NCBI GenBank assembly: GCA_964016885.1 | Contig: OZ024742.1 | Location: 23,436,001-23,500,000, forward strand | DNA length: 64,000 bases | Reading direction: 5' to 3' | Origin: Eledone cirrhosa | Taxonomy: Eukaryota | Part shown: in pieces, positions 39,812 to 59,339 of the stretch | Layout of the letters: each line of letters opens with the position of its first letter | Numbering within the stretch: the stretch's first letter is position 1 | Position numbers and translations under genes: made by a program | Notes under the pieces: model-generated | What the model was told of the DNA's origin: nothing | The model's database searches: none | What the model saw: the letters and a program-made list of their open reading frames with translations, nothing else

Positions 39812-40455
39812 CCTATATATATAAAGCTGTGGTTGTCTGTCTGTCTATCGATTTTTGGCACACATCTCCTCTTAGAATCTTTGACGGAATTTCACCGACA
39901 TTGCTATACTTGTACATTGAGCCCTAGCGAAGACATCGGAACAAAAATATTTCAAATTGACCTACCCTATGTGACGAAATCGAATATAATGTATCGATTT
40001 TTGAGCGTAAGTGACGAGTTATTTCCCTTTGTTCTGTTTACATTGAGTGTCTTACTGCGTGCAAAAATTAAAAAAATTACGCTGGCTTTCTCTAGCGTTT
40101 AAAATGACATTAACACAATACAGGAACAGTTGTCGAGCCAGCAAAATTTTGACCTGCAAAATTCATCAGTTCCAACACTAAGCTTCCGGTTTGCTTCATT
40201 TCCATTTAAAAGCCTTTTAAAACAATATTTTTACTTGAAAACAAGTCTATTTAAAGACTACGTAAAACAAGCAAATATTTCGTAAAAAAAAGCAAAAATT
40301 ATATAAGTTTATTTAAAATATATGTATCTGTAAATTTCGTTAGGCGTGCAGACAGACAGTCGTGCAGACAGACTTTAAGCCAAAAAAGAAACTTAACATT
40401 GTAACTTTAACACAGCTACTGAGCGACCCCGAGCAACGCCGGGCTTTACTGCTAG
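39812..40455 (+). mobile_element. Non-autonomous Helitron
   Basis: 5' a|(t>c)ctatatatataaagctg; 3' hairpin CCCGAGCAACGCCGGG, then CTAG|t. Confidence 0.75.
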
Positions 40456-41106
40456 TAAAAGATAAAATAGAAAGATTAAGTGTGAAAAGAGAACGAAACG
40501 GGAAAAAATGGAAAAAGAAACACGTGCGTATTCAATCAGTCATAATATATGTGTATGTATGTGTGCGTGTGTGTGTATATACGTGTGTATTCATTCGTTT
40601 TAAAGAAAGAATCATTGCACTACCTCCTAATATATTGTATTATGTCCTCACACCTCCACCCTTCATTCATGTATGAATCTGTTTTATTATCCTCACATAT
40701 TTTGTAGCACATTTGTATGTTTTATTGTATCAATGAATGGCTCCTGGACCTTATAATAAAGAAATTATTATCATTATCATAATTCTTCTTCTTCTTCTTC
40801 TTCTTCTTCTTCTTCTTCTTCTCCTCATCATTATCATCATTACAATATCAGTCTGCACATGGTGGAAGTGGTAGAACATAGGACTAAATAGCATATAATA
40901 TTTAGTTCTGTCCCACGATATTTTCATGTAAAACTGCCATCGGAGACTCACTTTGTCATTCATTCATCCGGAATCAATAAAATAAATACCAAGTAGCAAT
41001 GGCGTACATTCAATCTACTTTACCAGTGGCCGACATCATTTTTGGTCATGTTCCAATGTGAGAAATCGTTATTATTATTGTTCCTACATACATATGGACA
41101 CACACG

Positions 41107-42019
<913 letters not shown>

Positions 42020-42577
42020 GCAGCCTACAGACATGAACACAATCACGCTTCTCATGCCAGGTAATGTACATGGCATAAAGTCAGTCGAGTACATTTAACC
42101 AATATAAAGATATAACCGTGTGACTGCATGTTTGTGTGTGTGTCTGTGTATGTCTGAGCATTTCTGTGTATGTCTATGAAAGTGTGCGTGTCTGATAATG
42201 TGTATGTGCTAGTATGTTCATGTAACGCTGTGTGTGTGTGAGTATTCGCTAACGCAATCATGCACTTAAACGTGTAGCAAGTTGTTACTGATAAAAGTGT
42301 TTCTATCTCCGATAGTACATGCAGTTTGGACGACACTATATTAAACATGTGTATAACAAATAATTTTTTTGTAACAGTAATAATAATAATAATACTAATA
42401 ACAATAATGGTTCCTGATTCAGGCACAAAGCCAACAAATTCGGGGAATGGGAAAGTAATGTCACTTTGCCGTCTTTAATCCTCGTTTGATTGATAATGTC
42501 AAGTTTCCACCCATTGCAATGCCCATCTAATCGAGGGCTCACCTTCCAGAAACCTCTGGAAATGCAACAGCAGCCTA

Positions 42578-43302
42578 AGTGGACGTTTGCACAACACCAG
42601 CCACAGCATGCTGACTCCCTCGCGCAGTGGACGTTTGCACATCACCAGCCACAGCATGCTGACTCCCTCGCGCAGTGGACGTTTGCACATCACCAGCCAC
42701 AGCATGCTGACTCCCTCGCGCAGTGGACGTTTGCACATCACCAGCCACAGCATGCTGACTCCCTCGCGCAGTGGACGTTTGCACATCACCAGCCACAGCA
42801 TGCTGACTCCCTCGCGCAGTGGACGTTTGCACAACACCAGCCACAGCATGCTGACTCCCTCGCGCAGTGGACGTTTGCACATCACCAGCCACAGCATGCT
42901 GACTCCCTCGCGCAGTGGATGTTTGCACATCACCAGCCACAGCATGCTGACTCCCTCCCGCAGTGGACGTTTGCACAACACCAGCCACAGCATGCTGAGT
43001 CCCTCGCGCAGTGGACGTTTGCACAACACCAGCCACAGCATGCTGAGTCCCTCGCGCAGTGGACGTTTGCACATCACCAGCCACAGCATGCTGACTCCCT
43101 CCCGCAGTGGACGTTTGCACAACACCAGCCACAGCATGCTGAGTCCCTCGCGCAGTGGACGTTTGCACATCACCAGCCACAGCATGCTGACTCCCTCCCG
43201 CAGTGGACGTTTGCACAACACCAGCCACAGCATGCTGAGTCCCTCGCGCAGTGGACGTTTGCACAACACCAGCCACAGCATGCTGAGTCCCTCGCGCAGT
43301 GG
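42578..43302. repeat. GC-rich 48-bp minisatellite, ~15 copies
   Basis: gtggacgtttgcaca(a/t)caccagccacagcatgctga(c/g)tccctc(g/c)cgca. Confidence 0.95.
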
Positions 43303-43364
43303 CTGTTGGCGAGAGATGGATCCTCTGACCAGCAGAACACGGCTTTTAATTAATTAATAGTAAT

Positions 43365-43542
43365 CGTTTCTACTTTTGGCACAAGGCCAACAATTAACCA
43401 GTGCATTACTGGTACTTTATTTTATCGTTCCCGTAAGGATGAAAGGCTATGTTAATCTCGGCGGGATTTGAACTCAGAATGGCAAGGGCCGTAACTATGC
43501 ATGGCGGCCGACCCTCTACCGATACTGCCAATCCACCGCCTT
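43365..43542 (-). mobile_element. SINE
   Basis: Same family as 31205-31408. Confidence 0.75.
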
Positions 43543-45619
43543 GATTAATTAATAATAATAATAACAATCGCCATCGAAGAGCACGCTACCACCACAATGT
43601 ATATTAAAAGAGATATCGAAAATTCCTAAGATATATTTGACAAATTTCCGCATTGCATCTCAGTGTCATGTATTACAATTCATAATATAAAGTAGGAAAC
43701 AGAATAAAACGCAGGGAAACTGCTCTACACATTCCTTGCCATTTTCAACTCCTGCAGGAAAAACTATATCTTACTCATATGAAACTTTATCAGTCTTAGA
43801 AATTGAGATTGTGAAATACTATGCAACCTTAAAATACCAGATTGTACATTAACCCAATATCATTCTCCGTTACACACTACCAATCGTGTACAAATTGTCT
43901 ACTATGTATTAGTGGCTAAAATAACAATCAAAAGGAGCTATACCAATTTCTCTGTTGAATTCAATGCATTACATGGGTTTCTATCACACCTTTTGGAAAT
44001 GGTGTAATTGTGGTACACAATCGTTTCTGTGAGACATTTGACTGATCATCTATTCAGATAGACACAGTGGACATTTTTAAAACACTTGAAATATGTTGAA
44101 ACATTTTATAGTTTGTGAGTAAATATTTCAAATATTTTACACTTCTTTTTTCTTTCATCAATTCTTGTTTTTTTTTACTTGAAAATTTTCGTTGAATGTG
44201 AGCGTATGTCTGTTCATCAAGATGTACCTCGCTCTTGGTTTTAGAAACGAAACTTGTTATCTATGTCACAAACGATGACGATAATTATAATTCCGTTCTG
44301 AACAGCATACATATTTTACCACCACGTACTATATCACAAATACAAGTACGAAACTATTTTCTATTAAAATTTGGAGAGAAAGCAAATTTCGTCTCAAATA
44401 ACATTGAATACTAATAGATTAACTACGTTAAGAAGTTCCATTCTAAAAGCCTAAAAGATATGAGAACTGAAATTAGAATAGTTCAAAGAAGAAGGCATAA
44501 CAGAATGACAAATCGAAAATAAAACATTGAAAATAAAAGACAAACCTAACATCAAAGAAAATCAATAACAAAACACAATACCAATTCTCAAAACATATAC
44601 AGAATATTGAACAGAAATAAGAAAAGAAAGACAGACATACAGGAAAATCAGTAGGAATAAAATAAACTTTTAAGAGTTTGCGATTTTAGTGGTGGAAATC
44701 ATGCACATGACTTTAATCTAAAGGTGTAAATAGTTAAAGAATTTTATATCTATAGAGATGATGCTTGTAGACCAACGAAAGGTCATTCCAAGGTGACACT
44801 AATTGGTGTCAAAATGCGTTATTGGTACTTTATTTGATCGATCCCGTAAGGATAAAGGCAAAACTAACATAGCAAGGGTTTAAAAGCAGAAGGTAAATGG
44901 CCATAATACTATGCCGTAATGCCGGACCGATTATCTATCGATATTGACTCGATAGTCATCGTGTTACACACGGGACCGATATGAAGTTTAGCTACTCCGT
45001 CCGATCTTTGAGAAATATACTGGGTCACAGTGTTCTTCAACACACCCGCTTAGTGTGGTGTAAAACCGATACAAAGTACGTTGACTACATGAAGTGACAC
45101 CTATAGATGACGAGTTACATGACATGTGTCGTTTTCGTTGTTTCACTAAATACTAAATCTAAAACAATTTCTATCACATTCAACAAAGATATAAATATAT
45201 AACAAATCAGCCGAGCAGAGAAAGGGCAGGTCTAATAAAAATAATAATATTAACGTCAATATTAAGGCAAAATGTTCTTGTCACATGATATCACATGTAT
45301 TATTTTCATCCAGTTGAATACACTTTCAATTCTCCGCTTCTTCACACAAAACCAGTAAAACTGTAGCCGCAAGGCAGTGATTAGCAACAACACTGTAAAA
45401 CAGATAAGGAATACTTTTCTAAACAAGAAACTTATCATAAGCTGAAAGACTTCATTAACTCTATTGAAAGACGAAATAACGATGGCATAATCCCTAGTTA
45501 GCTTCTTATCTTCTTACCATCGATTATATTGCATATTAAGTTTTCTCCCAACCTTCACCATTTTTCATCTTTGTGAAAATACACATATGCACACATACAT
45601 AGATTCATACAAACACACG

Positions 45620-45671
<52 letters not shown>

Positions 45672-45702
45672 TCCGTGTCTGGATGCGTGCACAAATATAT
45701 AA

Positions 45703-45794
<92 letters not shown>

Positions 45795-45913
45795 GCACAC
45801 ACGGATATGTGAATGTATGCATGTATATATATTTATATAAGTGCGTGTGTATGCACACGCACGCACACAAACACACACGCATGCACACACACATATATAT
45901 ATATATATATATA

Positions 45914-48432
45914 CTAGCAGAAGTACCCGGCGTTGCCCGGGTGTAAGTCGACCTTTGGTCTGTTAGAATGTGTGAAAGTTACTTCCCGCGCATCACAGGT
46001 TCAAAACTTCTAACTTCAATGGAAAAAAACAGGTTAGTAGACACAGGTGTGTAATTTATTAATTGTAGTTACACAGTGTATCGTTGAAATTGTTCTCTGC
46101 ACGACTGACGGAAGTCAAAATCGCTTGATATTGAATGCTCAGTTAATTTAAAGCAGGGTGAAAATGTCGATTACTTTCAGCTTTTTTTTTGTTTACAATT
46201 TTTGCGCTCACATGTGCAGAAGAAGAATTAAAAGGGCCTTTATCTTAACCGCGGCATAATGGCGAGTCTTTTGTGACAGTTTTCAAGAATATAGGACGTT
46301 CCTGTAAAAAGTTTTCCCATGTGTAACTTTGCCTTGTTTTTTTGCACAAAGTCGAGCCCCGCTTCAGTTTTATTGATTTTTTACATCAATGCGTGATCTC
46401 TGAAGTAGATTTGAGTAGCTAAAAACCTGTCCCGGTAAATTTGCTATAGGTGAAACAAAGTTGATCAAAATTGTATCTAGGGTTATTGCCCTTTGCCACA
46501 GCCTCAAGCCTCGTCTGACGGGATGTTGGTGATTCCTCCCTCAGCGCTTGTTGGCGACGAAGGCGAACATCAGCAAGCCTTGTCGTACGTGATGTTGGTG
46601 ACTCAACCAGCCGGGAAAGACGTCTATGAGCGAGTCGAGATTCTTGCTCAGCAGGTGTTTCCTAGAGAAAATTAATTAATTCTACTGGTTAGGTAAGCCA
46701 ATGGCAGTGTCAATAGTAAATGAGAAAAGTCTAACATGAACAAAAGGGAATCAAGGTAAGACAATAAATTTAATATAACTACGATTAGAATGTTGTAGTT
46801 GCTTAAAAAGGGTGACAGTTAGGATAAACGCAGTACTTGCTAACATTGAGGGAGAATATTGCATAAAGGATTAATCAATTGTGAATGAACTCATACCTGA
46901 GAACGCCTAATTCGTTGTCTCAAAGCAATAGCTGTAACTTTTTTGGAGGTAAGTCTTGAACGTTTCCGTGTGGGCATAACGACGTGTAACGAAGCTGTTA
47001 GGTTAGAGAGAGGTGATTAAATACAGAGAGAGATGACACCAGATTCGTTAGCATGGTTACTGGTGAATGGGAAGGTTTGGAAATATGATTACAATAACTT
47101 ACCGAATTTTCCCGTCTATAAATTGCACTTAAAATAATTAAATTTAATCAAAAAACAGCTCTGCGCTTTATACTCCGGTGAGCCTTATGTATAAATAATA
47201 CAATGGTAATCAATCACGGCTCTAACAGAAGTAATAGATCTAGACTAAAAGTAAAGAAGATAGCATTTTCCTGGTTGGCCTTACACGCCGTTGCGCGGAC
47301 CTGATTTTAAATGATACGCCTTATATCCTGGTGAGCCTTATAGAGCGGAAAATATCTATTGGAAAAGAATACGAATTCATGACCAAGGAGTGACAAAATC
47401 GGCGTCTATACAGCGCCTGAAACAAACTTGTCCAAAACCCTAGGATTTTTCTCGTTAAGTATCCACCCAAAAGGAACCGTTTTTTTAGTTACAAAAAATA
47501 ACCAAAGTGTATAGTAGCTATATTTTTGACATATCATGCCAAAAAGAACAATATATTCAAAAAATGTTCTAAAGTACATTCAATCTCTCTTTTTGAGCGA
47601 TATCTTAATAAGCAAGTTATCGATTTTTTATTGGCTGTCAGTGTCTATCTGCATGCAGGTGTGCACGTGTGCGCAGTTAATTGCAAATACGCTCATAACA
47701 TTTAGTCGTAAGCAGAACAAAAAATGCCATTAGAGGTGGGCTAATAATGAAGACACAAACCCTGGTGAACTTACGTTTAAACACCCGAAAAGTTACTCAC
47801 TTCCTGTGCAAAAGACTGTATTATAAATTAAGTAATTTTTTAGAATCTTTTGTTTAAAAAAGGAAAACATTGGTACGACGTAAATTTTTTTACTTGTATT
47901 GTATGTGTACAATACAACTTGGTCAACGTATTATTTAGTAACTTTTTTTTCAAAAAGCATGATTATTTAAGACTGTTTGAAAATTTACTCACAGCTTTTA
48001 GGTTCACAAAAGACACCATTAAATTTGGTTCCCTTTTCAGATAGGGATAATACTGTATTTCCACTTAAATAAGGTGGAATATGAAAAGATAAACTCTTTA
48101 ATAGTCGGTCGTTTACTGAGACAGCTGGGAAGACATGCAGCTGGCCGTCCAATCAATAACGCACGTCCTTATATGGGCATATGAAATTTATTTTTATTGC
48201 GCCAGATGTAAACTAAGAGTTCTTGTGTTCGAATTCACATAAAATTTCATTGGAATCGAAAAACATTCTGTCATAGGGCCCGATTATCGATTTTTCGAAA
48301 ATTTCAAGTAGCCTATTCCACTCTACGCGTGGAGTTTTATATATGTGTGAGGTTTCATGAAAATTGGATGAACGGTGTAGCATGCAAGTTCGGTACACTA
48401 AACAATGTCCATCTTCCCTTTATATATATAGA
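45914..48432 (-). mobile_element. Non-autonomous Helitron, ~2.5 kb
   Basis: Minus strand: a|TCTATATATATAAAGGG ... ACCCGGGCAACGCCGGGT acttctg CTAG|t. Confidence 0.8.
47102..47356. mobile_element. Tc2/pogo-like MITE nested in the Helitron
   Basis: TA-ccgaattttcccgtctataa / ttatagagcggaaaatat-TA, with a subterminal ggtgagcctta repeat. Confidence 0.5.
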
Positions 48433-48540
48433 TATATAAATTAATAAAAACAATGAATAAAAACAAAGAAGAAGTTCCTTATATTAAAAAAATTCATCAT
48501 TTTACGATCGTTTCTAGGATATATATGTGTGTTGGTATGT

Positions 48541-49150
48541 GTTGGCAAAATCACTGATGAGGGACTAATTTTATAATATGTAATCCATGTGCAACCATGC
48601 AATATTCTTCTTCCCCTTGTTTTTCATATATATTTACCTAAACTGCGATTATCTGTTTCTCTCTTTCTCTCTTACTGCTCCCCCGTTCTCTCTGTTTCTC
48701 TTACCTTCTTTCACCCTCTCTGTGAGTTACACTTTTTCTCTCGACTGACCTCTTCCTCGCACTTCCACTCACTCACTCTCTGTTTCTCCCCTTCTCACTT
48801 CCTCCCGTTCGCTAGTAGTGGGGTTCCTTCTTTCTCACACCGCATTCACAGCGTACGGTCTGCTTCTCTGACCGGTCATGAAATTCACCCAGATTATGCT
48901 GATCGGATAACTACCATGTGGCTTGCTGTTTTCCTACCTTCGGTTTGCTTTTCCTTCTGTTGTTTACTTGTCTCACTCGCTTTACGCGTTTCAATTGTCC
49001 CAATAGATTATTTTAGTTATTGCTCGCACCAACCTGAGGTATCTGATTTTTAATGCGATGAAATACCAATGATGGTTGGCAAAATCACTAATTTTATAAT
49101 ATGTAATCCATGTGCAATCATGCAGTATTCTTCTTCCCCTTGTTTTTCAT
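48541..49150. mobile_element. Partial-tandem ~530-bp element (copy of 20711-21439, opposite orientation)
   Basis: Terminal direct repeat 48541-48630 / 49075-49150. Confidence 0.75.
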
Positions 49151-49198
49151 ATATATATATATATGTTTCCGTGTCTGGATGCGTGCACAAATATATAA

Positions 49199-49259
<61 letters not shown>

Positions 49260-49649
49260 TATGTGAATGTATGTATGTATATATATTTATATAAGTGTGT
49301 GTGTATGCACACGCACGCACACAAACACAGACGCATGCACACACACACACACACATTAAAAAAATTCATCATTTTACGATCACTTCTAGGATATATATGT
49401 GTGTTGGTATGTATATCATATAGATCTATGTAAAAATATTACAAACTAACAGAGGAAATATACATACCTTCACATATACATGCTGTCTTCAGAAATGAAT
49501 ATATATATATATATATATGTATCCGTGTCTGGATGCGTGCACAAATATATAAATACACACACACACACGAACATACAGATATGTGAGTGTATGTATATAT
49601 ATTTATATAAGTGTGTGTGTATGCACACGCACGCACACTAACGCACACG

Positions 49650-49721
<72 letters not shown>

Positions 49722-49856
49722 AAATAGAATGAAATATAATAAATGAGTCAAACGTTTAAAATTTAGCTTCGTTTATTACTGCTATATATATTTCGGTATA
49801 TCAGATAATTGACAAGGTTATACACCTCAAGTGTTGTCTATACCACACTAATTCGG

Positions 49857-49911
49857 ACTGCCTGAAGAGGTCACAGCTAAAGATGGCTGTCACCGAAATA
49901 TATACAGCAGT
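49857..49911 (+). ncRNA. Type I hammerhead with mutated cleavage triplet, in fold-back element 49721-50020
   Basis: ACUGC-CUGAAGA-GGU.ACAGCUA aaga UGGCUGU.ACC-GAAA-UAUAU-ACA-GCAGU; the inverted partial copy at 49778-49798 keeps AUA. Confidence 0.65.
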
Positions 49912-50061
49912 AATAAACGAATCTAAATTTTAAACATTTGAATTATTTAATTTATTTTATTTACATTACTCCGGAGTAACCAAACCAACCTGCGCACCTC
50001 GTCGAGTGCTCCAATCTGCATACTTAGGTGTGGTATACAACCAACATATACTCAAAATATG

Positions 50062-50098
<37 letters not shown>

Positions 50099-50229
50099 GC
50101 ATATATGTTTCCGTGTCTGGATGTGTGCACAAATATATAAACACACATACACGCACGCACACGCAGATATGTGAATGTATGTATGTATATATATGTATAT
50201 AAGTGTGTGTGTATGCACACGCACGCACA

Positions 50230-50328
<99 letters not shown>

Positions 50329-50485
50329 AACATGGGAAGAAGGAGGAAAACTGCGTGGTTGCACATGGGTTACATATTATATAATTAGTCCCTCATCAGT
50401 GATTTGACAACCATCATTGGTATTTCATCGCATTAAAAATAATATACCTCAGGTTGGTGCGAGCAATAACTAAAATAAGCTATTG

Positions 50486-50585
<100 letters not shown>

Positions 50586-50753
50586 TCCGTGTCTGGATGC
50601 GTACACAAATATATAAATAAACACACACACAACGCAGACGCACACACACACAAACACAGATATGTGAGTGTATGTATGTATATATATTTATATAAGTGTG
50701 TGTGTATGCAGACGCACGCACACAAACACACACGCATACACACAGAACCCCGC

Positions 50754-50875
<122 letters not shown>

Positions 50876-50992
50876 ATGCGCACTATTAAGTTGACAAAAT
50901 CACAATACAAACATATATAAAATTAAATATGTATGCCCACATCTGCGCATCAATCTATTTGTCATATTCCTTATTTCTATGTCTCTTTCCCT

Positions 50993-52356
<1,364 letters not shown>

Positions 52357-52489
52357 ATATATATATATATATTTCTTTAAGTCGTTTGGAAGCCTCGACA
52401 GTGCAGATGGGTAAATCTCCGGGTCACAAGATGCATATCTATATATACATATATATGTATATATATATATATGTATATAGATATGCATG

Positions 52490-52540
<51 letters not shown>

Positions 52541-52591
52541 GTATATATATATGTATATATATATGTATATATATATGTATATATATATATA

Positions 52592-55414
52592 TGAATATAG
52601 ACATAGAATATTCGAAAATATTCTGTATGTTTATAATAAACATTTTGAAGACCTAATCGCTATAGAATAGAATACGTCACGTATTACAATTAGATTCTCG
52701 ATAAAAGCAAGGGAAGTAATCTACGCGTTTCATTCTTGTTAGAAATCATCAGGACTACATATCCAGTGCTTTTATCGAGAATGACACAGCTAGAGACTTA
52801 TAGAATACTTAGCTGTGTACAGGAACTGGTTTGAAAGAGCGGTTGCCGGTCCGGCAGAAATTAGAAATTGGAATAAATGCTCTGAAATAGCGATATATAT
52901 GTGAATATAGACATAGAATATTCGAAAATATTCTGTATGTTTATAATAAACATTTTGAAGACCTAATCGCTATAGAATAGAATACGTCACGTATTACAAT
53001 TAGATTCTCGATAAAAGCAAGGGAAGTAATCTACGCGTTTCATTCTTGTTAGAAATCATCAGGACTACATATCCAGTGCTTTTATCGAGAATGACACAGC
53101 TAGAGACTTATAGAATACTTAGCTGTGTACAGGAACTGGTTTGAAAGAGCGGTTGCCGGTCCGGCAGAAATTAGAAATTGGAATAAATGCTCTGAAATAG
53201 CGATATATATGTGAATATAGACATAGAATATTCGAAAATATTCTGTATGTTTATAATAAACATTTTGAAGACCTAATCGCTATAGAATAGAATACGTCAC
53301 GTATTACAATTAGATTCTCGATAAAAGCAAGGGAAGTAATCTACGCGTTTCATTCTTGTTAGAAATCATCAGGACTACATATCCAGTGCTTTTATCGAGA
53401 ATGACACAGCTAGAGACTTATAGAATACTTAGCTGTGTACAGGAACTGGTTTGAAAGAGCGGTTGCCGGTCCGGCAGAAATTAGAAATTGGAATAAATGC
53501 TCTGAAATAGCGATATATATGTGAATATAGACATAGAATATTCGAAAATATTCTGTATGTTTATAATAAACATTTTGAAGACCTAATCGCTATAGAATAG
53601 AATACGTCACGTATTACAATTAGATTCTCGATAAAAGCAAGGGAAGTAATCTACGCGTTTCATTCTTGTTAGAAATCATCAGGACTACATATCCAGTGCT
53701 TTTATCGAGAATGACACAGCTAGAGACTTATAGAATACTTAGCTGTGTACAGGAACTGGTTTGAAAGAGCGGTTGCCGGTCCGGCAGAAATTAGAAATTG
53801 GAATAAATGCTCTGAAATAGCGATATATATGTGAATATAGACATAGAATATTCGAAAATATTCTGTATGTTTATAATAAACATTTTGAAGACCTAATCGC
53901 TATAGAATAGAATACGTCACGTATTACAATTAGATTCTCGATAAAAGCAAGGGAAGTAATCTACGCGTTTCATTCTTGTTAGAAATCATCAGGACTACAT
54001 ATCCAGTGCTTTTATCGAGAATGACACAGCTAGAGACTTATAGAATACTTAGCTGTGTACAGGAACTGGTTTGAAAGAGCGGTTGCCGGTCCGGCAGAAA
54101 TTAGAAATTGGAATAAATGCTCTGAAATAGCGATATATATGTGAATATAGACATAGAATATTCGAAAATATTCTGTATGTTTATAATAAACATTTTGAAG
54201 ACCTAATCGCTATAGAATAGAATACGTCACGTATTACAATTAGATTCTCGATAAAAGCAAGGGAAGTAATCTACGCGTTTCATTCTTGTTAGAAATCATC
54301 AGGACTACATATCCAGTGCTTTTATCGAGAATGACACAGCTAGAGACTTATAGAATACTTAGCTGTGTACAGGAACTGGTTTGAAAGAGCGGTTGCCGGT
54401 CCGGCAGAAATTAGAAATTGGAATAAATGCTCTGAAATAGCGATATATATGTGAATATAGACATAGAATATTCGAAAATATTCTGTATGTTTATAATAAA
54501 CATTTTGAAGACCTAATCGCTATAGAATAGAATACGTCACGTATTACAATTAGATTCTCGATAAAAGCAAGGGAAGTAATCTACGCGTTTCATTCTTGTT
54601 AGAAATCATCAGGACTACATATCCAGTGCTTTTATCGAGAATGACACAGCTAGAGACTTATAGAATACTTAGCTGTGTACAGGAACTGGTTTGAAAGAGC
54701 GGTTGCCGGTCCGGCAGAAATTAGAAATAGGAATAAATGCTCTGAAATAGCGATATATATGTGAATATAGACATAGAATATTCGAAAATATTCTGTATGT
54801 TTATAATAAACATTTTGAAGACCTAATCGCTATAGAATAGAATACGTCACGTATTACAATTAGATTCTCGATAAAAGCAAGGGAAGTAATCTACGCGTTT
54901 CATTCTTGTTAGAAATCATCAGGACTACATATCCAGTGCTTTTATCGAGAATGACACAGCTAGAGACTTATAGAATACTTAGCTGTGTACAGGAACTGGT
55001 TTGAAAGAGCGGTTGCCGGTCCGGCAGAAATTAGAAATTGGAATAAATGCTCTGAAATAGCGATATATATGTGAATATAGACATAGAATATTCGAAAATA
55101 TTCTGTATGTTTATAATAAACATTTTGAAGACCTAATCGCTATAGAATAGAATACGTCACGTATTACAATTAGATTCTCGATAAAAGCAAGGGAAGTAAT
55201 CTACGCGTTTCATTCTTGTTAGAAATCATCAGGACTACATATCCAGTGCTTTTATCGAGAATGACACAGCTAGAGACTTATAGAATACTTAGCTGTGTAC
55301 AGGAACTGGTTTGAAAGAGCGGTTGCCGGTCCGGCAGAAATTAGAAATTGGAATAAATGCTCTGAAATAGCGATATATATGTGAATATAGACATAGAATA
55401 TTCGAAAATATTCT
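52592..55414 (-). repeat. 310-bp hammerhead tandem array, left arm (9 units + partial; 9 HHRs on minus)
   Basis: Exact 310-bp period (acatagaata at 52601, 52911 ... 55391); HHRs at 52716-52758 + n*310. Confidence 0.95.
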
Positions 55415-55415
55415 A

Positions 55416-58269
<2,854 letters not shown>

Positions 58270-58298
58270 TACACACACACACAGACACACATACACAC

Positions 58299-58330
<32 letters not shown>

Positions 58331-58602
58331 TTGTGTGAATACATACATCGTTTACTTTTTGCATGTTTCCTGCAGCTAAAACCGAATAATTTAATTCAGT
58401 TTTGATTCAGTTGCAGTCAAATACACCAAGGATGAAGAAAATATTTATAAAATGTATATCAGGAAAAAATCTAATCTAAATAGAATATTTTAATGGCCTT
58501 GCTCATAATTAAAGTTAACCATATCTGCAGGTGATTTCATATAAGAAACTGTCCTCACATCTCCATCTAGAAATAGAAATATATGTAAATACACACACAC
58601 AC

Positions 58603-58638
<36 letters not shown>

Positions 58639-58652
58639 TTATATATATATAC

Positions 58653-58765
<113 letters not shown>

Positions 58766-58847
58766 GTGGGAGAGAAGTAAATGTAAACTCGTCGAACAAA
58801 TATTTGTTATTAGCACATAAATCCCTTCCAGGTTTATTCTCCCTTTC

Positions 58848-58925
58848 ATCTTTATTGGGTCGATAAAATAAAGTACCAGTTATACGCTGCGATAATTGCA
58901 GACCTTGTGCCAAATGTAGAAAGAA
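58848..58925 (+). mobile_element. SINE 3' fragment
   Basis: gggtcgataaaataaagtaccag..ccttgtgccaaa. Confidence 0.6.
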
Positions 58926-58973
58926 TTATAAGTTTAAAAGATTAAGCAAATAATTTTGCTTTCACGCTATTTG

Positions 58974-59010
<37 letters not shown>

Positions 59011-59012
59011 CT

Positions 59013-59339
59013 TTGAAAAAGTGGAGAGTAAAATGGTCAACAGTACAAAAAAGGTTGTTTTTTTTTACAGTCTAACAACTGTTCCTCTGATAAAATTGTC
59101 TAAAAATTGCTGAACACTAGAAGCAGTGCCACTCAATTTCATATACGATGCTAGCTTGATCAGATCTTCAGAAACTGTTTCTGAAGATCTTATCGAGCTA
59201 GCATCGTATTTAAAATTGAGTGGCACTGCTTCTTGTGAATAACAATTTTTAGACAACTTTATCAGAGAAACAATTGTCAGACTGTAAATAAATCCCCCTT
59301 TTTTGTACTCTTGACCATGTTATTCTCCACTTTTTTCAA
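59013..59339. mobile_element. Spacer-less palindromic element with back-to-back hammerheads
   Basis: Arms centred on 59176; plus HHR 59174-59285: CUGAAGA-UCU(U/G)AU..AUCAGA-GAAA-CAAUU-GUC-AGAC. Confidence 0.75.

Noticed and set aside
43770-43915. Exon-like minus segment with CVTENDIG (Ig-like)
   Set aside because: Multiple stops in the motif-bearing frame; motif too short
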